Shown: one piece after another, positions 1 through 7,246 of the stretch
Position numbering within the stretch: position 1 is the first letter of the stretch
Layout of the letters: the number at the start of each line of letters is the position of its first letter
Virus record (IMG/VR): IMGVR_UViG_3300032050_000140
Location: 1-61,130 of that record
Length of the DNA stretch: 61,130 bases
Direction: 5' to 3' (one strand)
Source: a virus
Taxonomy: Duplodnaviria > Caudoviricetes
The notes under the pieces: model-generated
What the model saw: the letters and a program-made list of their open reading frames with translations, nothing else
Told to the model about the DNA's origin: nothing
Databases searched by the model: none
Program-made: the position numbers and the translations under genes

Positions 1-240
1 CATATAAAGCACTTACAGCAGATACCAATTGACCTCCAAAATCAAGACCACCTAAATCATTATTTGTTCTTGAATAAAAAGATAAATGAGCTGAATTATT
101 TGTGTTAAATTGAGTATTTGGATTGAATCCTGTATTTGCATAACCATTAGAGCCTGATGTATAACCATTAGAGTTATGTGTTGCAGCACCATTAAATGAT
201 AATTGATATTGAGCTGTATTCTTTAAATTATATGTATGTG
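1..240. repeat. Terminal overlap, copy 1 (matches 60891-61130)
   Basis: 240-bp direct repeat of the window end. One mismatch seen (T128 vs C61018, synonymous GGA/GGG Gly on - strand). It lies inside a gene, consistent with circular assembly overlap. Confidence 0.97.
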
Positions 241-457
241 ACGCCGCAAGTCCACCAACAAATGGATACAAAGCTTTCATCTTAGTCCAAATAGAATAAC
301 CTTTCAAGTCAGTTACCAAAGTATTAATAGCCGCTTGTTGAGTAGGGTCTGTAATTGAAGCAGCTGTTATAAATGCTTGAGCATCAGGGTCAAATCCGCC
401 AGCAGCAGTTACACCTCTAGAACCTATAGCATTTGATATGGATATCTGTAAAGGCAT
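1..457 (-). CDS. 5' part of junction-spanning virion fibre/lectin-like protein (457->1 joined to 60890->60547, 266 aa)
   Basis: ATG at 457 (MPLQISISNAIGSRGVTAAGGFDPDAQAFITAASITDPTQQAAINTLV...) reads open through base 1 and is in frame with ORF 60547..60918. ConA/LamG-like beta-rich composition; lies directly after the putative spike-base gene. Confidence 0.8.
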   Translation of the reverse strand, partial: MPLQISISNAIGSRGVTAAGGFDPDAQAFITAASITDPTQQAAINTLVTDLKGYSIWTKMKALYPFVGGLAASHTYNLKNTAQYQLSFNGAATHNSNGYTSGSNGYANTGFNPNTQFNTNNSAHLSFYSRTNNDLGGLDFGGQLVSAVSALY

Positions 458-460
458 ATA

Positions 461-736
461 CTACCAAAGAGCTATAATGTTAGTAGCATCTGTAGTTGAT
501 GCAAATACTCGAACAACTTGAATTGGAATAAATGTTCCGTCAGCAACATTAACTAATGTTATGTCATTGCCACCAGCTGTTAAAACTCTCAACGTTCCAC
601 CTGTACCAACATACAATACACAAGGCCATTGAGAAGTGTTTGGTGCAGCCGTTGCGTCACCAGGAAATGGAATATTGACAGTGTTACTAGGTGTTACAGC
701 AGCAGCTACACTCGTTTGTAATTTTAAATTTGCCAT
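461..736 (-). CDS. Putative head-spike base protein (RcGTA Rcc01079-like)
   Basis: 91-aa beta-rich ORF with TPSNT...LYVGTGG.LRV...G..ITL.NV..GTFIPIQV.RV...T.ATNIIALW pattern recalled for that family; precedes fibre-like genes. Confidence 0.6.
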   Translation of the reverse strand: MANLKLQTSVAAAVTPSNTVNIPFPGDATAAPNTSQWPCVLYVGTGGTLRVLTAGGNDITLVNVADGTFIPIQVVRVFASTTDATNIIALW

Positions 737-741
737 CTTAT

Positions 742-1002
742 TTATTTTTTAGTACTCTTACCATTAGCTCCATTTCGAGCTCTATTGGTAGATGCTTTTT
801 CTTTTACAAAGTTACCATTTTTTTTCTTACTCATGTCAGGACCACCCTTACCATACAAGTCAGCATCACGTCTTACCTTGACATGCTCTGCCCTATACTT
901 CTTGCGTTCAGGAGTAGCGTTAAGCTCTCTCTGATATTCACGCCTCTTCTCAGCAGCTTTAGGGTTCTCTGCATAGTATTTCGATGTCTTACTTGCTCCC
1001 AT
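742..1002 (-). CDS. Small basic protein, possible degenerate HNH-like
   Basis: 86 aa, Lys/Arg-rich. GKGGPDMS-K...E..S.NRARNG resembles small phage HNH-like proteins but lacks the usual His. Confidence 0.5.
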   Translation of the reverse strand: MGASKTSKYYAENPKAAEKRREYQRELNATPERKKYRAEHVKVRRDADLYGKGGPDMSKKKNGNFVKEKASTNRARNGANGKSTKK

Positions 1003-1391
1003 TAGTCTCTATATTTTTTAACCTTACTTGCAATACTATTTGGCTGCTTAACAACACTTCCTGTGCCACCGCCCTCACGCTTTGCTCTTGTTGTAGCAGC
1101 ATACTCACTACTGCTCAATGACTTTATAGCCTTCTCAGGTAAATACCTCTCGCCAGTCTCACTGCTAGGCTTACCACTCTTTGTTCGCCACTTCTGATCC
1201 GTCCATCTAGTCAAATCATTTGACTTGGATTTCTTTCCGACATATTGACCGCCTGCATCTTTATACTTAGCTACTGCCAATTGGGCCTTTCTCGCGGACC
1301 ATTTTCCTGGCTCACCGCCCTTTGTGCCAGCCTTAACGCTCGACACAACACGATCCCATAACGCTGGGTTTTTCTTCTTGGCAACAGACAT
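1002..1391 (-). CDS. Basic phage protein (DUF5872-like), 129 aa
   Basis: Likely start ATG 1391 (MSVAKKKNPALW...), 2 nt after the upstream stop. Motifs GTKGG.PGKWSARKAQL, WT.QKWRTKSGKPS, TGERYLP. Confidence 0.7.
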   Translation of the reverse strand: MSVAKKKNPALWDRVVSSVKAGTKGGEPGKWSARKAQLAVAKYKDAGGQYVGKKSKSNDLTRWTDQKWRTKSGKPSSETGERYLPEKAIKSLSSSEYAATTRAKREGGGTGSVVKQPNSIASKVKKYRD

Positions 1392-1392
1392 A

Positions 1393-1695
1393 TTAACTTC
1401 CCTTAACCCATTTTTTACTTGGACTCTTAGTGTCACTAGCGGACCATTTTTCTTTATTAGCCCAATATGCAGCCGACATCTTACCCTTAGCAATGTTCTT
1501 AGCATGACGACTTTTAAATGCCTCACGCTGACCTACCGTTTGATTGGTCTTAACACCCTGCTGCCCAAAACGTATCGTCTTAATTCGATCACCCTCCTTG
1601 GCCACAACAATATGACTTTTGGTAGGATGACTTGGCGTTCTCTTGGGCTTATTAAATCCCTCAACACCTGCTCGTTCTAATCTTGGGTCTTTCAT
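1393..1695 (-). CDS. Basic phage protein (DUF6321-like)
   Basis: 100-aa ORF with KPKRTP.HPTKSH.VVAK, IRFGQQG, F..RHA.N and SAAYWA motifs typical of a widespread small phage family. Confidence 0.65.
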   Translation of the reverse strand: MKDPRLERAGVEGFNKPKRTPSHPTKSHIVVAKEGDRIKTIRFGQQGVKTNQTVGQREAFKSRHAKNIAKGKMSAAYWANKEKWSASDTKSPSKKWVKGS

Positions 1696-1865
1696 TTCTT
1701 TTTTCCAAACAATATAGCACCAGCAACTCGCTTGCCTGCCTCCTTAGAGCCATACTTCTTAGCCGCCTTCTCAGCAATCTTCTCGAAGTTCTTACCCTTC
1801 TTACCGATATCTTTACCAGCAACTGCTTTCTTTACAATAGCTGATCGTTGTGTTTTGTTCATCAT
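1692..1865 (-). CDS. Small basic protein, 57 aa (below ORF-track cutoff)
   Basis: MMNKTQRSAIVKKAVAGKDIGKKGKNFEKIAEKAAKKYGSKEAGKRVAGAILFGKKK*; its TGA overlaps the next ATG (ATGA); -7 box upstream. Confidence 0.75.
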   Translation of the reverse strand: MMNKTQRSAIVKKAVAGKDIGKKGKNFEKIAEKAAKKYGSKEAGKRVAGAILFGKKK

Positions 1866-1872
1866 TTCTTCT

Positions 1873-1893
1873 TAACTTTGAAATACAAATATA
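1873..1893. promoter_or_regulatory. Overlapping divergent Bacteroidota-type -7 boxes
   Basis: TAACTTTG at 1873-1880 (+) and TATATTTG at 1893-1886 (-), between divergent ORFs; both match TAnnTTTG. Confidence 0.6.
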
Positions 1894-1898
1894 ATAAA

Positions 1899-2417
1899 AT
1901 GATTCCAAAAGTAAAAAAGAAGATTACACATAGACGTGATAATAATAAAGTATATAGCCGAACACAAGGTGAATACGACTTCTTGAAAAATTGGTCATTA
2001 ATTAAAAAATGGGCTATCGTAAATTACGAACTTAAATCAACAGCAGATCTAGAAATGATCCTGTTCCTGTACTCAGAAAAACTTTTTACAAGAACTCAAT
2101 TTGCAGATTATTCAAAATTTATGTCTTGGGATAAAGAAAGATTTAATAGATTGCTAAATAGCAATTGGATTTATATTTGGCGACATAGGAATCATCAAGA
2201 AACACATCTATACGAAGTGTCATACAAAGGTAAAAAGATGGTTAACTCCATCTATAAAAAATTGCTTGGACTAGAGCCTATACCTGAGAGTAAAAGAAGA
2301 AATAAAGTATTCTTAAAGACAGCTCCTTTTTCTCATAAGACCCTAGCCATAGCAATTAAAAAACATAATAAAGAACTTAAAGAACGCAAACAACGTCCTT
2401 CTCCTGAATTACGGTAA
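1899..2417 (+). CDS. Hypothetical basic protein, possible winged-helix DNA-binding protein
   Basis: Likely start ATG 1899. Only + strand gene inside the late block; helix-rich core ending in YEVSYKGK, a wing-like motif. Confidence 0.55.
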   Translation: MIPKVKKKITHRRDNNKVYSRTQGEYDFLKNWSLIKKWAIVNYELKSTADLEMILFLYSEKLFTRTQFADYSKFMSWDKERFNRLLNSNWIYIWRHRNHQETHLYEVSYKGKKMVNSIYKKLLGLEPIPESKRRNKVFLKTAPFSHKTLAIAIKKHNKELKERKQRPSPELR

Positions 2418-2634
2418 AACGTTTATCTTCTATCAAAACGTCATGACCTGCCGCCTTATCGAAGTATATTTCATCTCCAACAGATATGCCTGACACCAAG
2501 TGACCATAATTAATAACTATTGCCTTATTATACCTCAACTCACGCTTGTCATCCATTGTCATTATTAAACCTGATTTATTTTCTGCTTTGTCAGCTATTC
2601 GCTCAACAATCAGAAACTTATTTAGAACCTTCAT
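2377..2634 (-). CDS. groES: Co-chaperonin GroES-like
   Basis: Cpn10 pattern (L.KFLIVER, mobile loop NKSGLIM, V.GDEIYF.K.AG, .IQEKDVV.VL); immediately downstream of groEL. Confidence 0.85.
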   Translation of the reverse strand: MKVLNKFLIVERIADKAENKSGLIMTMDDKRELRYNKAIVINYGHLVSGISVGDEIYFDKAAGHDVLIEDKRFTVIQEKDVVCVL

Positions 2635-4174
2635 AGTCTCTTACGTTTGTGATAATAGCATTTGTACTCATAATAGTTGTTGCAACTGACACAGCATTCA
2701 ATAGTGCGTTCTTAGTAACTTTTGTCGGATCAATTATACCCAACTTAACCATGTCACCATACTGCTCTCCCTTCACGTCATAGCCACATCCATTAGGACG
2801 GTTAAATAATATCTCGTCACAATTCTTACCTGAATTTGTGACAATCTGTCTAAATGGAGCTTCTAGTGCATCAATCATTATAGCAACAGCAGTACTTGAA
2901 TAATCAGCAGATATACTCGCATCCAACAATGCTACACCACCACCAGGCAATATACCATCCTCCAACGCAGCCTGAACCGCACACACAGCATCGTCAATCC
3001 TATCCTTCTTCTCCTTCTGCTCAATGTCACTCAACGCCCCTACATAGATGACACCAACACCACCAGACAAGTTGGCAATTCGCTCATTTAAAAACGCCTT
3101 GTCCTCAGCATTCGTACTCTCTTCACGCATCTCCTTCAAATCCTCAACCCTTTGGTTGATATACTCCTCCCTAGACTCATTATGCATGAATACTGTCATA
3201 TTACTACTAACAATAACCTTAGCGGCTCTACCCAAATGGTCAAGATCTATCAACGACAAATCATCACCAGTGTCCTCAGAGAAGTATACACCGCCTAGAG
3301 CGACTGCCAAGTCCTCTAGCAGATCTTTCTTTCTGTAACCAAAAGACGGAGGCATAATTGCACATGCCTTAATCTTACCTGCCGCTACATTCGCGTTCAA
3401 AGTGTTTAAAGCATTTTGACCCAACTCACCAATTATCAATAATGACTTCTGCTGTGTTACAATTGGTATCAATATCCTCTCTAAATTCTGTATGTTGTTT
3501 ATCTCATGGTCAGTGATCAAGATATACGGATTCTCTAATACACACTCCTGCTTCTTGTGGTCGTTGATAAATAATCTTGAGGCGTATCCCCTATCAATCT
3601 TCATACCCTTTATTATCTCAACATACGTGCTCGTTGTCATACTGTTTTCAACTGTAACCATGTCAACTTCACTAAAGGCATCAGCAATCATCTTACCTAC
3701 CTCCCTGTCATTGTTAGCACTTATTGTAGCCACATCAACCAACTTCTTGCCACTTAACTTCTTTGACTTCTTGTCTAGTTGTTGAACAACTTGACCAGCT
3801 ATCTGATTTATCTCACGTATTACCTCAGTTACATTGTCTGTCTCAGATAAATACTTGTCAGATGCATCAATAATAGCCTCAGCTAACACAATACTTGTTG
3901 TTGTGCCATCACCAGCAACAGTAGCCGTTCGCTCTGCCGCCTGACGCATCATCATAACAGCCAAATTCTCAGTCGGATCATACAAGTTGATCGACTTAGC
4001 AACAGTAACACCGTCCTTTGTCACCGTCATACCACCAATATGATTCTCTGATTCAATTAGTACAGTGCGACCTCGCGCCCCTAACGTACTTTTGACAGCT
4101 CCTGCTATCGTTTTGATGCCCTTCTTGAGCTTTTTTTGGCCATCATCGCCAAAATGTACCTGTTTTACTATCAT
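2618..4174 (-). CDS. groEL: Chaperonin GroEL
   Basis: Motifs VKSTLGARGR, VTKDGVTVAKSI, AGDGTTTS, EKKDRIDDAVCA, GILPGGG, IIDPTKV. Likely start ATG 4174 (MIVKQVHFG). No GGM tail. Confidence 0.97.
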   Translation of the reverse strand: MIVKQVHFGDDGQKKLKKGIKTIAGAVKSTLGARGRTVLIESENHIGGMTVTKDGVTVAKSINLYDPTENLAVMMMRQAAERTATVAGDGTTTSIVLAEAIIDASDKYLSETDNVTEVIREINQIAGQVVQQLDKKSKKLSGKKLVDVATISANNDREVGKMIADAFSEVDMVTVENSMTTSTYVEIIKGMKIDRGYASRLFINDHKKQECVLENPYILITDHEINNIQNLERILIPIVTQQKSLLIIGELGQNALNTLNANVAAGKIKACAIMPPSFGYRKKDLLEDLAVALGGVYFSEDTGDDLSLIDLDHLGRAAKVIVSSNMTVFMHNESREEYINQRVEDLKEMREESTNAEDKAFLNERIANLSGGVGVIYVGALSDIEQKEKKDRIDDAVCAVQAALEDGILPGGGVALLDASISADYSSTAVAIMIDALEAPFRQIVTNSGKNCDEILFNRPNGCGYDVKGEQYGDMVKLGIIDPTKVTKNALLNAVSVATTIMSTNAIITNVRDYEGSK

Positions 4175-4214
4175 TTTATTATATTTTGCCGTAAAAATAG
4201 TAAATATTTGCGAC

Positions 4215-4246
4215 AAAAAACAAAAAACCCCGACTTTTTATCGGGG
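4215..4246 (-). terminator. Rho-independent terminator
   Basis: CCCCGA-N7-TCGGGG stem (4228-4246) followed on - strand by a T-run. Confidence 0.75.
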
Positions 4247-4277
4247 CTTGTTGTGCATTATTAAAATGTATAGGTGA

Positions 4278-5471
4278 TTAATTCTTTTTATCAGCCAATT
4301 TTACTTTTCTACCAAATGTTTTGTTTTGATTGACAGCATTGTCAGTAGATGATTTTATAGACTTGCTGTAAGCTGAATATTGCTCACCTAACTCAGGCTT
4401 GAAGAATCTAGCAGATCCATCTTTTTTAGCTTGAGTTATTGTTACCTCTTTGCCAGTGTCATATACGCTTCTAGACTCAATATTACCAGCCGCATATTTC
4501 TGAGCTTTACCTGTTGACCTAATGTCCTTCTTGACATTCTTCAACTCAGCTCGCAACTCAGACTTAGATGCTATTGGCGAACCCTTCTTAATGTCAGCCC
4601 TTAACTCTTTCTTAACACCTTTTAAACTCTCTCTTTCTTTAGCAACATCACTAGCAGTCATGCCAGACCTATCAGAACCAGAAATGCTAGATGGTGCTCC
4701 GTAATATGACTTAAACTGCTTCTCCTCTTTGGCATATTTAACCTTACGCTTCACATTCTCAACAGCCTTTGAAACAACATTCCTAGTCTTGTCCTTACCA
4801 GACACAGATGTAAATTTGCTCTCAACGCTCACCAATGGCCTAGAAGGATTAACCCATGTAGGTTGCTCCGATTCTCTTTTAGACATTTTTAAACCACCAG
4901 TAGTCTTTGCAGATATAGCAGATGGTTTTTTGATTTCCATCTTAGGCAATTTAACATCTTTAAGCTCTTCCTTTAATTTTTTAATATCTTCTTCCTTTTC
5001 TTGCTTTATGTCAGCCTCAGTCTCATATCTAACACCACCATACTCAACCTTATTACCAACGCCGAACTTAGATACATATTCACCAACTTTACCACTCTTT
5101 GACGCAGCCTCAAATTCCTCAGGATTGAACTTATTACCCTTGCCATATATATCCTCATAACTAGTAACTCTAGACTTTTCTACAGGAATAGCATAATTCT
5201 TAACCTTGCCATACACCTCACTACCACGACCAATAGATTTAGACCACAACCTTTGCGATGTGGGATCTAATGATGACAATGGAACATATTTACCAGACTT
5301 TATCTTTTGCTCATAGTTTGGATTTTCAGTCTCCTGAGCTGCCTTCTTTCTAGCAATAGGGTCTTTTATATCAGCATAAAATACATTCTCTGTTTTAGCA
5401 CCTTTAATACTTATTTTCGAGTCCTTCTTGTTTGGTGGCTCATTATTACGCCTTGTTTTCATTAATGCCAT
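4278..5471 (-). CDS. Lys-rich hypothetical protein, 397 aa
   Basis: Long ORF, very basic/low complexity; no family recognised. Confidence 0.75.
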   Translation of the reverse strand: MALMKTRRNNEPPNKKDSKISIKGAKTENVFYADIKDPIARKKAAQETENPNYEQKIKSGKYVPLSSLDPTSQRLWSKSIGRGSEVYGKVKNYAIPVEKSRVTSYEDIYGKGNKFNPEEFEAASKSGKVGEYVSKFGVGNKVEYGGVRYETEADIKQEKEEDIKKLKEELKDVKLPKMEIKKPSAISAKTTGGLKMSKRESEQPTWVNPSRPLVSVESKFTSVSGKDKTRNVVSKAVENVKRKVKYAKEEKQFKSYYGAPSSISGSDRSGMTASDVAKERESLKGVKKELRADIKKGSPIASKSELRAELKNVKKDIRSTGKAQKYAAGNIESRSVYDTGKEVTITQAKKDGSARFFKPELGEQYSAYSKSIKSSTDNAVNQNKTFGRKVKLADKKN

Positions 5472-5599
5472 ACGAATGTAAATCTTAAAATTAATAAATT
5501 GATCTGCAACTCATTGAAGTCATACTCATCGTCAGGCCCATAATATTCAAAACCAACCAATAGACCGACATTTAGTAAATTCTCAACGATTATATTCAT
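5462..5599 (-). CDS. Small protein, 45 aa; first gene of the leftward late unit
   Basis: MNIIVENLLNVGLLVGFEYYGPDDEYDFNELQINLLILRFTFVWH*; TATATTTG box (5610-5603) 3 nt upstream of the ATG. Confidence 0.6.
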   Translation of the reverse strand: MNIIVENLLNVGLLVGFEYYGPDDEYDFNELQINLLILRFTFVWH

Positions 5600-5744
5600 A
5601 GGCAAATATAATTATTTTTTTTTAGATATGTGGATATTTTGGGTAATCCCCCCATTCCACGAAAAATTCCGCTCGGGGAAAACGGTTTGAAAATTGGGTA
5701 GGGGGTATGCAATTCGATCTTTTCGGCTGAGATTTTCAGCTTTT

Positions 5745-5798
5745 TACCTGCCTGCCTGCCTGCCATCATTACAGATATACCTGCCTGCCTGCCTGCCT
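5745..5798. repeat. Two (CCTG)n tracts, each TACCTGCCTGCCTGCCTGCC
   Basis: Same 20-mer at 5745-5764 and 5778-5797 in the non-coding gap between the divergent late and early units. Confidence 0.9.
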
Positions 5799-6180
5799 TA
5801 TGATCTGTCCGCCTTTCTGTCGATCTGTCAATTAGTCTTTTGCCTTGCCTGTGTTGCTACATGTATTGAGACCAATACACATGCCGACCAATTTACTTGT
5901 AATATAACATCCATTATGTTAAATAGACCGACAGGCAAACCAACCGATCGACCGATCAAACCGCCTGCAATATCCGCTATCCTGTTAAGCGGTTAGAGTG
6001 TGGGGGTTATACCTCACTTATTTTGAAACCAATTAAACAATTTTCGGATCAATTATATTAATTCAACCTAACTATCTAATTTAAAGCAATTTAAGTCTAT
6101 AAAATAATCCTTTTACCTGTCATTCTTATTTAGAATCATTATAAATTAGCACTTTTTGAATAAATTTTTGTTGAAAAAGC

Positions 6181-6210
6181 TTGTTTATTTAAAATGTTGC
6201 CTTACCTTTG
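6181..6210 (+). promoter_or_regulatory. Early promoter P1 (Flavobacterium consensus)
   Basis: TTG (6181-6183)-N19-TACCTTTG (6203-6210). Confidence 0.8.
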
Positions 6211-6328
6211 TTATAAGCAAACGAGCTAAACAATAAAGATCCTTACTAGCAATGTTAAAAGACTTAATATGTACGTGTGACGAGCATAGATTGATTAAGT
6301 AACTTTCAACAGAAATTTGTTAAAAAGT

Positions 6329-6359
6329 TTGGAAATGTCAAAAATAGTTTAGACCTTTG
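6329..6359 (+). promoter_or_regulatory. Early promoter P2 (variant)
   Basis: TTG-N20-GACCTTTG; the flanking sequence is an imperfect copy of the P1 context. Confidence 0.5.
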
Positions 6360-6531
6360 TTAAAGTAAAAGTTCTTTGATTCTCGGCAAGTGAAAAAGAT
6401 TGCAAACAAAAGATAGAACGTAAAATAGTTGCTTATATGCTTGTTCTAGAGGTGGAAGACCTTGGTACAATAGACCTAAATTTTCTCTATTGTTTCGATA
6501 ATATACCAAAGAAAATTACATAATACTTTAA

Positions 6532-6578
6532 TAACTTGTGGTGGTTCGATTCCATCTATATAAGCGAGGTGCAAGTTA
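6532..6578 (+). ncRNA. Hairpin containing a tRNA-type T-arm
   Basis: Outer stem TAACTTGT/GCAAGTTA encloses GGTGG-TTCGATT-CCATC. Confidence 0.45.
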
Positions 6579-6586
6579 ACATTATA

Positions 6587-6633
6587 GCTTCCGATTGAAT
6601 GACAATTTTATTCGAGCGATACGAACGGAAGCA
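6587..6633 (+). ncRNA. 47-nt mini tRNA-like three-way junction
   Basis: 7-bp stem GCTTCCG/CGGAAGC plus A, hairpin ATTG/CAAT, and stem TTCG/CGAA with 7-nt loop AGCGATA. Confidence 0.5.
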
Positions 6634-6655
6634 CTAACCATTTAAACCAATAGCC

Positions 6656-6838
6656 ATGAAAACAATGTTTTTATTGATGATGATCGCTTTCGGAAGCACT
6701 GCGATCGCAACGCCAATTGTAAGCTTTAACAATGAAAGCTTAATGATGAATCACGAGAGTCTAATTGCTACTTTGTTTTACGGTAGCGGATTTGTCGCGA
6801 TGATCTCTAGTATTTTTTACTCAATCAATAAAGGTTAA
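6656..6838 (+). CDS. Small two-TM membrane protein; first early gene
   Basis: 60-aa ORF with two hydrophobic segments; TAGCC-ATG start context. Confidence 0.7.
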   Translation: MKTMFLLMMIAFGSTAIATPIVSFNNESLMMNHESLIATLFYGSGFVAMISSIFYSINKG

Positions 6839-6889
6839 CTGATGAGATTTGAATAATCGAAACGACATTCAAAAGATGTCGTCTTAACC
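6833..6889 (+). ncRNA. Hammerhead ribozyme (type I topology)
   Basis: GGTTAA-CTGATGA-GATT(tgaat)AATC-GAAA-CGACAT(tcaaaag)ATGTCG-TC-TTAACC. All core nucleotides and three helices are present; predicted cleavage after C6883 (GUC). Confidence 0.92.
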
Positions 6890-6905
6890 AATTAAATTTT
6901 TAGCC

Positions 6906-7016
6906 ATGTCAACAAAAATTTTAAAGATCGAAGGACGTTTCGAAATTTGGGGATTCTTTTTGAACGGAACGTTAATTAAAACAAGAAAAGTATTAATACC
7001 ATTTAACAATAGATAG
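6906..7016 (+). CDS. Small early protein, 36 aa
   Basis: TAGCC-ATG start; MSTKILKIEGRFEIWGFFLNG...; stop coupled to next start (TAG-TC-ATG). Confidence 0.55.
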   Translation: MSTKILKIEGRFEIWGFFLNGTLIKTRKVLIPFNNR

Positions 7017-7018
7017 TC

Positions 7019-7165
7019 ATGAAAGCAATAATTGAATTTTATACACCATTTCATAAAGATTTGGTTATAGTTAACAGGGAATTCAACGACATTAACCACA
7101 TGAATAACTTCATTAAATATGTCTGTAAAAAATATAAGTACACGTTAAACGAAATATACTACTAG
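7019..7165 (+). CDS. Small early protein, 48 aa
   Basis: MKAIIEFYTPFHKDLVIVNREF...; TAG-TC-ATG coupling on both sides. Confidence 0.55.
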   Translation: MKAIIEFYTPFHKDLVIVNREFNDINHMNNFIKYVCKKYKYTLNEIYY

Positions 7166-7167
7166 TC

Positions 7168-7242
7168 ATGGGAACATTTGTTTATTTATTACTACTGTAT
7201 TCAGTAGTTGCAACACTTAAAATTATAAACCTTAAAAAATAA
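7168..7242 (+). CDS. Hydrophobic peptide, 24 aa
   Basis: MGTFVYLLLLYSVVATLKIINLKK*; tightly packed between neighbours. Confidence 0.4.
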   Translation: MGTFVYLLLLYSVVATLKIINLKK

Positions 7243-7246
7243 AGTC

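Noticed and set aside
1-240. 240-bp repeat as a biological direct terminal repeat
   Set aside because: It falls inside a coding sequence in the late operon; assembly overlap explains it better.
1392-1526. N-terminal extension of the 174-aa ORF 1002..1526
   Set aside because: Overlaps the neighbouring gene in another frame; ATG 1391 gives normal spacing.
5694-5996. 100-aa + strand ORF
   Set aside because: LPAC repeats are just the translated CCTG tracts; TTG start, atypical composition, upstream of the early promoters.
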